Under the pieces are notes generated by a model. It was not told the origin of the DNA. It worked only from the letters and a program-made list of their open reading frames with translations, and made no database searches. A stretch of 64,000 nt of DNA from a bacterium (GTDB taxonomy: Bacteria; Patescibacteriota; Gracilibacteria; UBA1369; GCA-2718715), in contig PBFJ01000009.1 in NCBI GenBank assembly GCA_002718715.1, forward strand, positions 723 to 64,722, in the 5' to 3' direction. The number at the start of each line of letters is the position of its first letter. The first letter of the stretch is position 1. Shown piece after piece: positions 44,899 through 53,686 of the stretch. Position numbers and translations under genes: made by a program.

Positions 44899-45642
44899 TT
44901 AATTATTTTTTAACATAAACACATAACCATCTCTATCAAATAAATTCGGACCATTTAAAACTTCAAATCCAAAAGATGAAAAAAGTTTAAAAGCTGGTGA
45001 TTTCAAACTAGTATTTAAAGTTACTACTCCTGACAAAGACTCTAATAAAGTTGAAACTAAAACTCTTCCCATTCCCTGATTTCTTAAAGCATCAATCACA
45101 CCCAATTCAGATAAATAATATATCTGACTATCAAGATCAAATTGACCTATTATATCTTCAGTTTCCAAATCATTAAAATCCCCTCTTTTTTGCAAGACAT
45201 CTAAAGTTGAAACTTTTTTAGCCCAGCAAAAACCAGCTACATAATTAAGCTCACCATTTAAGTAAAAAGGAGCAGTATTAGATGGAAATTCTCCAGCGGG
45301 AACTGTAAACTGTTGAAAATCATCGTTTATGTTAGAAGATTCCTCAGTTACTAACAAAACCATTTCAGATTCCGATGTAAAAGCTGATTGGAGTTCTAAT
45401 AAAAACTGATCTGAAATTTTAGAGATTGGAAAATAGGCCTCATCAATAATCCCACCATTTTCTCTAATTTTATTTATTCCAATTGCTTGTCCAGCTTTAT
45501 CCCTACCGGCTTCATTCCAAATTCGACCCGCAAAAATAGATTGATAAGCAACAGCTAAAGATTTTGCTACCTCAGCAAGATCAAGGTCATTAATAGCAAC
45601 CCCTTGATTAATATTACTAGTATTATTTTTTAAAATATTCAT
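44899..45642 (-). CDS. GNAT-family N-acetyltransferase with an extended N-terminal region
   Basis: The C-terminal motif A is YLSELGVIDALRNQGMGRVLVSTLLE, followed by AFKLFSSFGFEV. Confidence 0.6.
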   Translation of the reverse strand: MNILKNNTSNINQGVAINDLDLAEVAKSLAVAYQSIFAGRIWNEAGRDKAGQAIGINKIRENGGIIDEAYFPISKISDQFLLELQSAFTSESEMVLLVTEESSNINDDFQQFTVPAGEFPSNTAPFYLNGELNYVAGFCWAKKVSTLDVLQKRGDFNDLETEDIIGQFDLDSQIYYLSELGVIDALRNQGMGRVLVSTLLESLSGVVTLNTSLKSPAFKLFSSFGFEVLNGPNLFDRDGYVFMLKNN

Positions 45643-45728
45643 ATATTAAAAGTTAAATTATTATTTTGTGTTATAAAAAAATAAACAATGAAAATATGTA
45701 GAACGTGATTTATAAAGAAATTTCATAA

Positions 45729-46709
45729 TTAAAATACATTAAATAATATTTCTAGATTGGGGCTCATATTAACATCTACATTTCCACCAACAGGCAAAGT
45801 GCAAATAGGAAAAGTATGCCCAAAATCTGCATTAATAATTAAAAGTTTATTTTTAAGTTTAAGATTATTTAGTAAAATTTTCTTCAAAAAACTAAGAGAG
45901 ACTTTTGATTTTTTTTGAAATTTACCAAATACAAAACCAGAAATTGAATCAGCATCTTTTTGCTGTAACAAAGACTCTAAGTTACGTTCAAATTCAAATC
46001 CAGTGTATTTTCCACATAAACAATCTTCCTCTATAAACAAAATTTTATTTTTTAAACTTGGCATATAATCTGTCCCCTGCAACAAATTAAAAGAACATAA
46101 ATTACCTCCTAAAACTTGACCCTTAACAGGTACAAAATTTAAAATTTGGTTAGACTTTGTATTTCTCGCTATCAGTTTTTTTTGTGCATTTTTTTCAATA
46201 ATTAAATTCGAAGATATCAGATTGAAACTTGAATCTTTCATCAAACAATCTCGAAAAGATTTCAAGGTAAACTCATCAAGATCACTAGCGAAATAACTTA
46301 AATTTGGACCCAAATATGTAACTAAACCAGTTTTACTAAAAATTGAATTTAATAAAACAGTAATATCAGAATTTCCAATTAAAATCTTTGGATTTTCTTT
46401 TATTAAATTATAATCTAAGTAATCCAATAATTCATTGGCTACAAACCCACCTGAAACACACATAACCGCCTTAACACTTTTATCAGTAAACGCTTGCATA
46501 AAATCCTTGACTCTAGATTCACAAGAAGAAGAATTACGGTAATCAACTTCATAAAAATTGTCAGATAAAGTCACTTTAAAACCCAAATTAGACAGAGTAA
46601 GTATTGAGTTATCAATAATATCTTTCGAGAAGTAAGCAGCACTAAATGATGGAGATATAATTCTTATCTCATCACCAATTTTTAATTTAGCTGGAATAAT
46701 AGTTTTCAT
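45729..46709 (-). CDS. S66-family LD-carboxypeptidase (LdcA / MccF-like serine peptidase)
   Basis: LKIGDEIRIISPS, VKAVMCVSGG, a nucleophile elbow ILIGNSDITVL, and C-terminal DFGH. Confidence 0.8.
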   Translation of the reverse strand: MKTIIPAKLKIGDEIRIISPSFSAAYFSKDIIDNSILTLSNLGFKVTLSDNFYEVDYRNSSSCESRVKDFMQAFTDKSVKAVMCVSGGFVANELLDYLDYNLIKENPKILIGNSDITVLLNSIFSKTGLVTYLGPNLSYFASDLDEFTLKSFRDCLMKDSSFNLISSNLIIEKNAQKKLIARNTKSNQILNFVPVKGQVLGGNLCSFNLLQGTDYMPSLKNKILFIEEDCLCGKYTGFEFERNLESLLQQKDADSISGFVFGKFQKKSKVSLSFLKKILLNNLKLKNKLLIINADFGHTFPICTLPVGGNVDVNMSPNLEILFNVF

Positions 46710-46890
46710 AATTTAAAAGTTAAAAATAAAAAAAGCTCTTGATACAAAAGCTAAAAAAACAGAACAAAATTTATTTAAAAATTTGCTCCTAGAAAATATG
46801 ATGATGTGAAATAATAATAAACAACATAAAGTGTTTTAATTAATTAACACGTTAATGTTACCACAAAACATTTGAAAGTGTCAAATAAAA

Positions 46891-47217
46891 ATGTTACAAT
46901 TAAATAAAACACTCTGGAATATGCGTAAAAATCACAATCAAAACTTTCAAAAAAACCTAAATCAACTCTGCCAAGCATTATTAAAAATAGATTCAAAAAA
47001 AGATATAAAAAATTTTCTTATAGACCTGTGTACCGCTACTGAACTCCAGGCCATGAGCGAGAGACTAGAAGTTGCAAAGCTAATAAGTGAAAAAATACCA
47101 TACCGTAAAATTTCAGAAACTACAGGTTTAAGCACAACCACAATTACAAGGATTGCTAATTGGATGAAAGATGGCAAGCAGGGTTACAATAAAGTACTTA
47201 AAAACTTAGAATCCTAA
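46891..47217 (+). CDS. YerC/YecD (TrpR-like) DNA-binding protein
   Basis: LCQALLKIDSKKDIKNFLIDLCTATELQAMSERLEVAKLISEKIPYRKISETTGLSTTTITRIANWMKDGKQGY closely parallels B. subtilis YerC as I recall it. Confidence 0.8.
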   Translation: MLQLNKTLWNMRKNHNQNFQKNLNQLCQALLKIDSKKDIKNFLIDLCTATELQAMSERLEVAKLISEKIPYRKISETTGLSTTTITRIANWMKDGKQGYNKVLKNLES

Positions 47218-47643
47218 AGTCGAAAATATTTCTCCTTTAAAAATATCTTCCAATGCTTTTTTAACCTCTGGAACAATATTTTCAGGCAAATTATCAAATT
47301 CAAACCAAGTCAAATCAGAGCATTTATGAGGCTCTAAATTCTCTATTTCTCCTGAAAATTTTGAAGCTTTCAAATAAACATCAATATACTCACGTTCTCC
47401 CCTATTAGAGTTTCTATGGCTTACATGTACAACTTTCATATCTTCGGCAATGATATCAATGTTAACTTCTTCTTTGGTTTCACGCAGCATAGCCTGATAA
47501 ACAGTTTCATTACCATCTACATGGCCCGCTACCAAACTATACATTCCATCCATATAACCTGTGTTAAAGCGTTTTGCCATTAGTAACTTTCCATCTACTT
47601 CCAAAATAAGGTAAACTGCAAAGTAAGGTCTAAATCTATCCAT
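47206..47643 (-). CDS. NUDIX hydrolase
   Basis: Nudix box GHVDGNETVYQAMLRETKEEVNI. Confidence 0.85.
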   Translation of the reverse strand: MDRFRPYFAVYLILEVDGKLLMAKRFNTGYMDGMYSLVAGHVDGNETVYQAMLRETKEEVNIDIIAEDMKVVHVSHRNSNRGEREYIDVYLKASKFSGEIENLEPHKCSDLTWFEFDNLPENIVPEVKKALEDIFKGEIFSTLGF

Positions 47644-47704
47644 ATTAAAAATTAACTTATCCTATTTAAAGTCTAACAAAATAAAAATAATTTAAAAGAA
47701 TAAA

Positions 47705-48220
47705 ATGAAAAACATAAGAGATATAATGAGCAATACGATTCAAGAATATAAAGAACAAAAAATTTATCTTGAAGCAAATCTAATCCTTACTTCACTCCTA
47801 ACTCAGATATCAGAAGAAACAATTAGCATTATAACAAATGATGCTCAAAATAGAATTAATAAATTAATCAATTATGGAGTTCAAAATCCGGACCCTAAAA
47901 CACAAACAGAAAAAGCATTAAAAGAATACTTGTTTTATTCATCAAAACAAATTACATATTCTAAATATATCGATCTCTGTAAAGAATCAGGCAACACACC
48001 AAAAATACCTTATCATTTTAACAATAAAAGAGCCATCCACTCAAGAACCTATTATTTTATAGAAAAAGATCTCGAAATAGGAGGAAGTATATTATATGCA
48101 AGCAACCCAGCTACAATTATAAGATTCGAAAATTCTGCAGCAATCTATATAAAAATGGATAAAGACAACAAAAATTACACTATAAAAGATTATAAATTTA
48201 GCTCAGTCGAAAAAGTATAA
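47705..48220 (+). CDS. Hypothetical protein (171 aa) between the two Nudix genes
   Basis: Clean ORF with ATG and TAA. It has no signal peptide and no recognisable motif. Confidence 0.45.
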   Translation: MKNIRDIMSNTIQEYKEQKIYLEANLILTSLLTQISEETISIITNDAQNRINKLINYGVQNPDPKTQTEKALKEYLFYSSKQITYSKYIDLCKESGNTPKIPYHFNNKRAIHSRTYYFIEKDLEIGGSILYASNPATIIRFENSAAIYIKMDKDNKNYTIKDYKFSSVEKV

Positions 48221-48222
48221 AC

Positions 48223-48762
48223 TTAAACCCGAGTTAAATAACAAGCAAAAGCAGACAGAGTAACCCCACAAGTTATTTTCTTATTTCGAATTAAGTCTTT
48301 AATCTCTTCTAAAGTATACCAAAAAGTCTCACTGACTTCATCTTTATCATACTCTTGCCTTTCTATTGGGTGATCTAATTCACCACTAAAAACATATATT
48401 TTTTGAGTCATCATAGAATTTGTTGGATAAAACTCACCCAAAAAAGATAAATTATAAGCTTCAAATCCGGTTTCTTCTCTAAACTCTCTTTTCGCGGCAA
48501 TCATTGGCTCTTCATTTGGATCAATGCCACCAGCTGGTAATTCAAGAGAATCTTCAGTCCCCTGTACATAACGAATACATGAAACTAAAGCTATCTGAGC
48601 TTGAGCATTTTTTATTATACTAACAACCGAATCAGACGGAGTCTGTAAAACATGATGCTCATATGTATTACCGGAATGAGTTGTAATTTTATCTCTATGA
48701 ACATTAATAAACTTAGATTCATAAACAGTTTTTCGTTCAATAAATTTAGGTAATTTATTCAT
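48223..48762 (-). CDS. NUDIX hydrolase, ADP-ribose/NDP-sugar pyrophosphatase-like
   Basis: LELPAGGIDPNEEPMIAAKREFREETGFEA (Nudix box). The overall layout is NudF-like. Confidence 0.83.
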   Translation of the reverse strand: MNKLPKFIERKTVYESKFINVHRDKITTHSGNTYEHHVLQTPSDSVVSIIKNAQAQIALVSCIRYVQGTEDSLELPAGGIDPNEEPMIAAKREFREETGFEAYNLSFLGEFYPTNSMMTQKIYVFSGELDHPIERQEYDKDEVSETFWYTLEEIKDLIRNKKITCGVTLSAFACYLTRV

Positions 48763-48763
48763 A

Positions 48764-49099
48764 TTAGCTATTATTAGTTTTATTTTCTATTATCTCTTGC
48801 AGATCCTTCATATTTTTAGGAAATTCTTGATTTAAATCAACATTTAATTTTTGAGATAAAACCAAAACCACCCATAAAACATCGCAAAGTTCATGTGCAA
48901 TTTTATCATCTAAATTGTCAGTAGTTTTTGGCCTATTTCCTTGCTTTTCTTGAACCAATCTTATTAAATCACCTACATCAACCGATAAACCAAGCATTAA
49001 TTGATTAACATCCCACTTTTGACCATAATTTTGTTCTTCAAATCTCTCAAAAGATTCTCTTGTTGAAATAGCCATTTTATATAAATCCTTAAAATTCAT
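48764..49099 (-). CDS. MazG-like all-alpha nucleotide pyrophosphohydrolase (small form)
   Basis: A 111-aa helical protein with LGLSVDVGDLIRLV and AHELCDVLWVVLVLSQKLNVDL, resembling the MazG/YpjD-type metal-binding helices. It starts 1 nt after the Nudix gene. Confidence 0.55.
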   Translation of the reverse strand: MNFKDLYKMAISTRESFERFEEQNYGQKWDVNQLMLGLSVDVGDLIRLVQEKQGNRPKTTDNLDDKIAHELCDVLWVVLVLSQKLNVDLNQEFPKNMKDLQEIIENKTNNS

Positions 49100-49151
49100 G
49101 CATATTGATTAAACACAAACATAAGGTATACAAAGCAAAAAAAAAGTCAAA

Positions 49152-49985
49152 TCAGCGAATTCTTTTATCTATTCTATACAAACGTGTCTTCTTTAAAAAA
49201 CCTTCTTTTAAAATAGTAAAAAAAGCAAAAATTAAATCTTTAAAATTTCCATTACTAGACACCAAAGGTTTACCCTCAATTGTTGTAATAATATTAAAAT
49301 CATAATCTAAATCACCAGTTTTAGTCTGTTTAATAAGTGTGCAATTACCGATATCTGAAAAAACATGAGCATCTGATGCAAAAACTTTAATATATTTTTC
49401 TAAATAACCTTTATGCTCAAAATCAAGAGTGTTTTCAATCAAAAAATTTAACCTTTTTAATAAAAAATTAAAACGCAATTTTTTTAAAATAAAATTTAAA
49501 TATAAAAAGGAATAATTTGAACTTTCTAGCATAATCCCATCAAAATATAATTCATCTAATTTTTCTAAATCCATTACTCGCAAAATACCCGTAGATGATG
49601 GAGTAGAAGGATGTGGAACAATTAACTTTAAATCGCTATCACTTTTTACCAAATTAAAAACTTCCTCAACAGATAATAAAAAAGGGTTCAAAAGATCTTG
49701 TCTACCAAATACGCTAGAAGGATTCTTCGAAAAAACAATCAGATCAATGCCCTCAGACGTTATATACTCAAGACCTGGTAATAAAATAGTATTATGATTT
49801 GCTGGTCTATATTTAATCATATTTTGATAAGCCTTAACAGGACGCCTAAAAACATGTTCCGTACAAACTACAAAATCTAATGCTTCTAAAGTGAATTTAT
49901 CCCATAACTTTAAAGCTCTTTTCTTAGTTAAAAAACTCGAAATATAAGTAAAATTAGGATGAAAATGATAATCTACTTTAATCAT
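49152..49985 (-). CDS. PHP-domain (polymerase/histidinol-phosphatase-like) metal-dependent phosphoesterase
   Basis: The N-terminus has VDYHFHPN, then CTEHVF, later PHPS and SDAHV. These His-rich motifs have PHP-like spacing. It ends in TGA. Confidence 0.5.
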   Translation of the reverse strand: MIKVDYHFHPNFTYISSFLTKKRALKLWDKFTLEALDFVVCTEHVFRRPVKAYQNMIKYRPANHNTILLPGLEYITSEGIDLIVFSKNPSSVFGRQDLLNPFLLSVEEVFNLVKSDSDLKLIVPHPSTPSSTGILRVMDLEKLDELYFDGIMLESSNYSFLYLNFILKKLRFNFLLKRLNFLIENTLDFEHKGYLEKYIKVFASDAHVFSDIGNCTLIKQTKTGDLDYDFNIITTIEGKPLVSSNGNFKDLIFAFFTILKEGFLKKTRLYRIDKRIR

Positions 49986-50143
49986 AAAATTTAAATTACA
50001 AAATTATACTATCAAATAAACAAAAAAAGTATAGTTTTTAAAAAATTTGTAATAAAAAGAAAACAAAAAACACGTTCAAAGTACTAAAATTTATCGCAAC
50101 TCATGCAGCCAAAGTAGAAACATACAACTTCATAATGGGATAG

Positions 50144-50977
50144 TTAAAAACTCTCCCAAATAAAATTATGCAATAATTCCAAAGATTTTACCAAGTTAAT
50201 ATCTTGAATTAAAACACCCGAAGAATTTTTATAATTAACAAACAAAACCTTATCATCATAAATAATAATATCAGACTTAAAAGGCAACTGAGAATAATTT
50301 AACGCCTTATATTCATAATTTGGATTTGAAATTTCACTTAAAGCTTTTAACAAAACCTTACTTTTACAATTTACCAAAATCTCTCGCACATTTTGCGTAG
50401 ATTTTTGTAAATTATCCAAAAAAGACTTATAAAAATCTAAGTGATTCTTGCTAACTTCATAAGGATTATAAAATGCTAAATATGATTTATTCAAAACAAT
50501 ATCAGCTACTACTTTATCAATTTCTGTATTAAAATAATATCTTACGTTAACTTTAGATGAATCTATTTTATAAATTTTATCAAGATCAGGAACTATAGAA
50601 ACAAAATCGTCTTTTAATTTCAATAACTTATCTTTCTTTTTATCTAAAATATTCTGCAATTCATAAGGCGAAACAGCATAAAATTTATTTACCTTCGAAT
50701 CTAAATCTAAATACAACAATCTTTTAGAAACCAAGTCATCCACAATCTTATAACAATTAACTCTAGGAATTCCAGATCTTTCAGAAATCTCAGAAATTTT
50801 CAATCCATTACTGGAAATCACTTTAAAAAACACATCAATCTCTTGCTCATTACAAGATAAGTCTTTAAGAACTTGGCTCAGAATTTTTCTATGTTTCACT
50901 TTCGTGTAATTTAAAAATAAATAAATATCCTTAGTTAAAATTAGTATCGAGAGTAAAATTACAAAACACAATTTCAA
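50144..50977 (-). CDS. TrmB-like HTH transcriptional regulator, second paralog
   Basis: LSCNEQEIDVFFKVISSNGLKISEISERSGIPRVNCYKIVDDLVSKRLLY. It has the same architecture as 14390..15142. The N-terminal hydrophobic stretch may mean the start is internal. Confidence 0.62.
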   Translation of the reverse strand: MKLCFVILLSILILTKDIYLFLNYTKVKHRKILSQVLKDLSCNEQEIDVFFKVISSNGLKISEISERSGIPRVNCYKIVDDLVSKRLLYLDLDSKVNKFYAVSPYELQNILDKKKDKLLKLKDDFVSIVPDLDKIYKIDSSKVNVRYYFNTEIDKVVADIVLNKSYLAFYNPYEVSKNHLDFYKSFLDNLQKSTQNVREILVNCKSKVLLKALSEISNPNYEYKALNYSQLPFKSDIIIYDDKVLFVNYKNSSGVLIQDINLVKSLELLHNFIWESF

Positions 50978-51109
50978 CTTAGATCATTATATTATAACAC
51001 ACTTTCTAAGTTTTTAAAACCGTGACAAAAATTTATAAAATAAAAAAAGAAATTTGTTTAATTCTCAAAAAAATAGTGATAAAATATTAACAACATTTAA
51101 CTAATCAAA

Positions 51110-51682
51110 ATGAAAACTTTTAAAAATCTTTTAATTATATTTGTCCTGGTTATAGCTGGAAGCTATATAGGTGGGACTTATAACACTCTGAAAACTCAAG
51201 AAAACGAAATCGAAAGAACTTTAGCCGAAATTGAAAACAATCTTCAATCAAGATTTGATACTCTTTCTGGTTCCGCAGAATCAGCAAAACTTTCTGCTGA
51301 TCTAGAAAAAGAAATTTTCACCCAAATTGCTAAATACAGATCAGGAATCAAAGAGGCAGATTCTAAAAACGAAATGGTTCAAGCTCTAAGTAGAGCTAAT
51401 ACAGGATTTAGAGGAATTTTAGCTACCTTTGAAAATTATCCACAAGTAAAATCAACTCAACTTTTTGCTCAACTTCAAACCGATGTTTCAGGGTCTGAAA
51501 ACAGATTAAGAATAGCCAGAAAAGATTTTAATGATGCATCAAACCAATTCAACAATATTATTGATACGATACCTACAAACTTGATTGCAATGATATTTGG
51601 ATTTACAAATGTTGAACTTTTTGAAGCCGATCAAGAAGCTAGCAAAAGACCAAGCTTAACTGATATAGTAGATGAAAATTAA
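51110..51682 (+). CDS. LemA family membrane protein
   Basis: N-terminal TM, then YNTLKTQENEIERTLAEIENNLQSRFD and FENYPQVKS...LQ....GSENR, which are LemA patterns. It is followed by a TPM gene, as is typical. Confidence 0.82.
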   Translation: MKTFKNLLIIFVLVIAGSYIGGTYNTLKTQENEIERTLAEIENNLQSRFDTLSGSAESAKLSADLEKEIFTQIAKYRSGIKEADSKNEMVQALSRANTGFRGILATFENYPQVKSTQLFAQLQTDVSGSENRLRIARKDFNDASNQFNNIIDTIPTNLIAMIFGFTNVELFEADQEASKRPSLTDIVDEN

Positions 51683-52550
51683 AAAATTATTTATTACATT
51701 CCTATGCTGCATTAGCTTTAGTATTCCAACCTTTGCAGCTTTAGAAATCCCAAATCCAAGTGGGTATATAAATGATTATGCAAATATAATAGATAATCAA
51801 ACACAGGAAAAATTAGAATCTGCACTTCAAAGCATAAAAATTAATCAAGGAATAGAAATTTCAGTTCTAACTATAGATTCACTGCAAGACTATCCAATTG
51901 ATACGTATGCGAATCAAACCTTTAGACAATGGGGTATTGGAAATAAAGAAAACGATTCAGGAATTTTATATTTAATTGCACCCTTTCAAAGACAATCAAG
52001 AATTGAACTAGGATATGGAATTGAAAAAATCCTAACTGACTACGAAACAAAATTAATCCAAGAACTTGCAAATCCTTATTTTCAAGAAGAAAAATACAGC
52101 TACGGAATTGCACTAGTATTAGATGAATTAATTCTATCTATAGAAGGTGAAAACTATATCCCTAAATACAAAAGAAGCTCAACAGAGAATTTTATTTTTG
52201 CGGGGATAATTTGGTTTACTATGATCTTCATTCCAATGCTTTTTTTTACAAACAAAAAAGAAGCTAGATACCGCTCATCAATTCTCACAACTCAAACATT
52301 TGCAATACCAATAAGCTATCTTACATATTCCGAAAATATTTTTTGGGCCTTTCCCCTCCTATATTTAATTGGAGTAACGACGTATTACATTCACATGGCA
52401 ATCAAAAAAGGCTACATTAAACCTGGAAACACTAATGGAAGTTCATCAAATAACTCATCAGGTCCATTTTCTGGTGGATCATCTGGAAGCTCTTTTGGAG
52501 GATTTTCTGGAGGTTCTTCTGGTGGTGGTGGATCATCAAACAGCTGGTAA
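51672..52550 (+). CDS. TPM-domain (YgcG-like) membrane protein with a Gly/Ser-rich tail
   Basis: GYINDYANIID...LES.L......GIEISVLTIDSL, GILYLIAPFQRQSRIELGYG, TM helices, and a C-terminal GGSSGSSFGGFSGGSSGGGGSS. It overlaps lemA by 11 nt. Confidence 0.8.
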   Translation: MKIKKLFITFLCCISFSIPTFAALEIPNPSGYINDYANIIDNQTQEKLESALQSIKINQGIEISVLTIDSLQDYPIDTYANQTFRQWGIGNKENDSGILYLIAPFQRQSRIELGYGIEKILTDYETKLIQELANPYFQEEKYSYGIALVLDELILSIEGENYIPKYKRSSTENFIFAGIIWFTMIFIPMLFFTNKKEARYRSSILTTQTFAIPISYLTYSENIFWAFPLLYLIGVTTYYIHMAIKKGYIKPGNTNGSSSNNSSGPFSGGSSGSSFGGFSGGSSGGGGSSNSW

Positions 52551-52558
52551 ACAAAAAA

Positions 52559-53497
52559 CTATTGAACTTCATCAGAAGTATTAGTTAAAAAAGGAAATCT
52601 TGAAAAATATTCTCCACCAGCATTTAATCTTACCTTATTTACACTAGGTAAATAAGCATTATTTATATTCAAAACTCTAGGCGTAACATCATAACCTAAA
52701 ACCACATCACCAACCCAATTCAAATCTACTCTGTCTTGAAGAGTTACATCCTGGCCATCCAGTCTTAAACTTAATGAATTAAAATCCATAGTAATTATTT
52801 CAGATTCACCTAAAGTTCCCAATAAAACAGAATCCACATCATAACATTTAACTGACGCAAAATTACTTCCACAAGAAAGCTTCTTAACATTTCTAAATGT
52901 TCCATAATTAAATTGATCAGCTTCAATCTCACAAGGTGATACAAAGTTATCATCACTCATTTCAAAATGTACTCTACGACCAGCATAAGAACATCTATCA
53001 GAGCTTTTAACATTTAAACTATCAATATTCCCAGGAGCCTTATAATTTCCACCTTCAAATCCATAAGGACACAACAATTCAATAAAAACTGCATTCGAAC
53101 TATCAGAAAAAAAACGTTTTTCTCCCTTATACATAGTTAACATGCTTAAATCAAATGGGTTAAAAAAACCACTAACCTCTAAATTTTGTAAAAGCTTAAT
53201 ATCCTTTAAAGAATCTATCAAAAAAACTGGGAAATCCACAGAACATTCTAAAGATGAGTTAAATACAAATAACTTATTTTTATTATTAGTTTCAGATAAA
53301 ACCTTTAATATTTTAGATATAATCGCAGATTTATTCTCTTCAGTAATTAAAATATCACCAGGATATTCAATACCATTTATAAAACCTTCTTCAAATGGAG
53401 CTTTAGTTCTTTTATAAATTAAGTTTAAATGAGTACCTCCCAATTGATGAGATTTATTAAAGTACCAACTATTTTTATTTGTATTATTCATATACAT
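52559..53497 (-). CDS. Hypothetical cytoplasmic protein (312 aa)
   Basis: Clean ORF with no signal peptide or TM. I recognise no motif. Confidence 0.45.
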   Translation of the reverse strand: MYMNNTNKNSWYFNKSHQLGGTHLNLIYKRTKAPFEEGFINGIEYPGDILITEENKSAIISKILKVLSETNNKNKLFVFNSSLECSVDFPVFLIDSLKDIKLLQNLEVSGFFNPFDLSMLTMYKGEKRFFSDSSNAVFIELLCPYGFEGGNYKAPGNIDSLNVKSSDRCSYAGRRVHFEMSDDNFVSPCEIEADQFNYGTFRNVKKLSCGSNFASVKCYDVDSVLLGTLGESEIITMDFNSLSLRLDGQDVTLQDRVDLNWVGDVVLGYDVTPRVLNINNAYLPSVNKVRLNAGGEYFSRFPFLTNTSDEVQ

Positions 53498-53631
53498 ATC
53501 AATTAAATCATGTCTTAATTATACTCGGTTAAGTAAATAAATAAACAAATCACATTGAACAATAAATTAACATGTTTTATTAAGCATTTTTTGTAGTAAA
53601 AAAATTACAAATAAAAACAAAAACATCTTAA

Positions 53632-53660
53632 TTGACAAAAATCAAAGCACAAACTAAACT
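53632..53660 (+). promoter_or_regulatory. Candidate promoter of serS (TTGACA-N17-TAAACT)
   Basis: A consensus -35 TTGACA at 53632-53637 and TAAACT at 53655-53660. Confidence 0.45.
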
Positions 53661-53686
53661 TTATACATATTTAACTAGCTTCTACA

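Noticed and set aside
46820-46890. Short inverted repeats (GTGTT-N10-AACAC and AACA-N6-TGTT) upstream of the YerC/TrpR-like gene, considered as a possible operator
   Set aside because: The arms are only 4-5 nt in very AT-rich sequence, which is expected by chance. No second occurrence is available for comparison.
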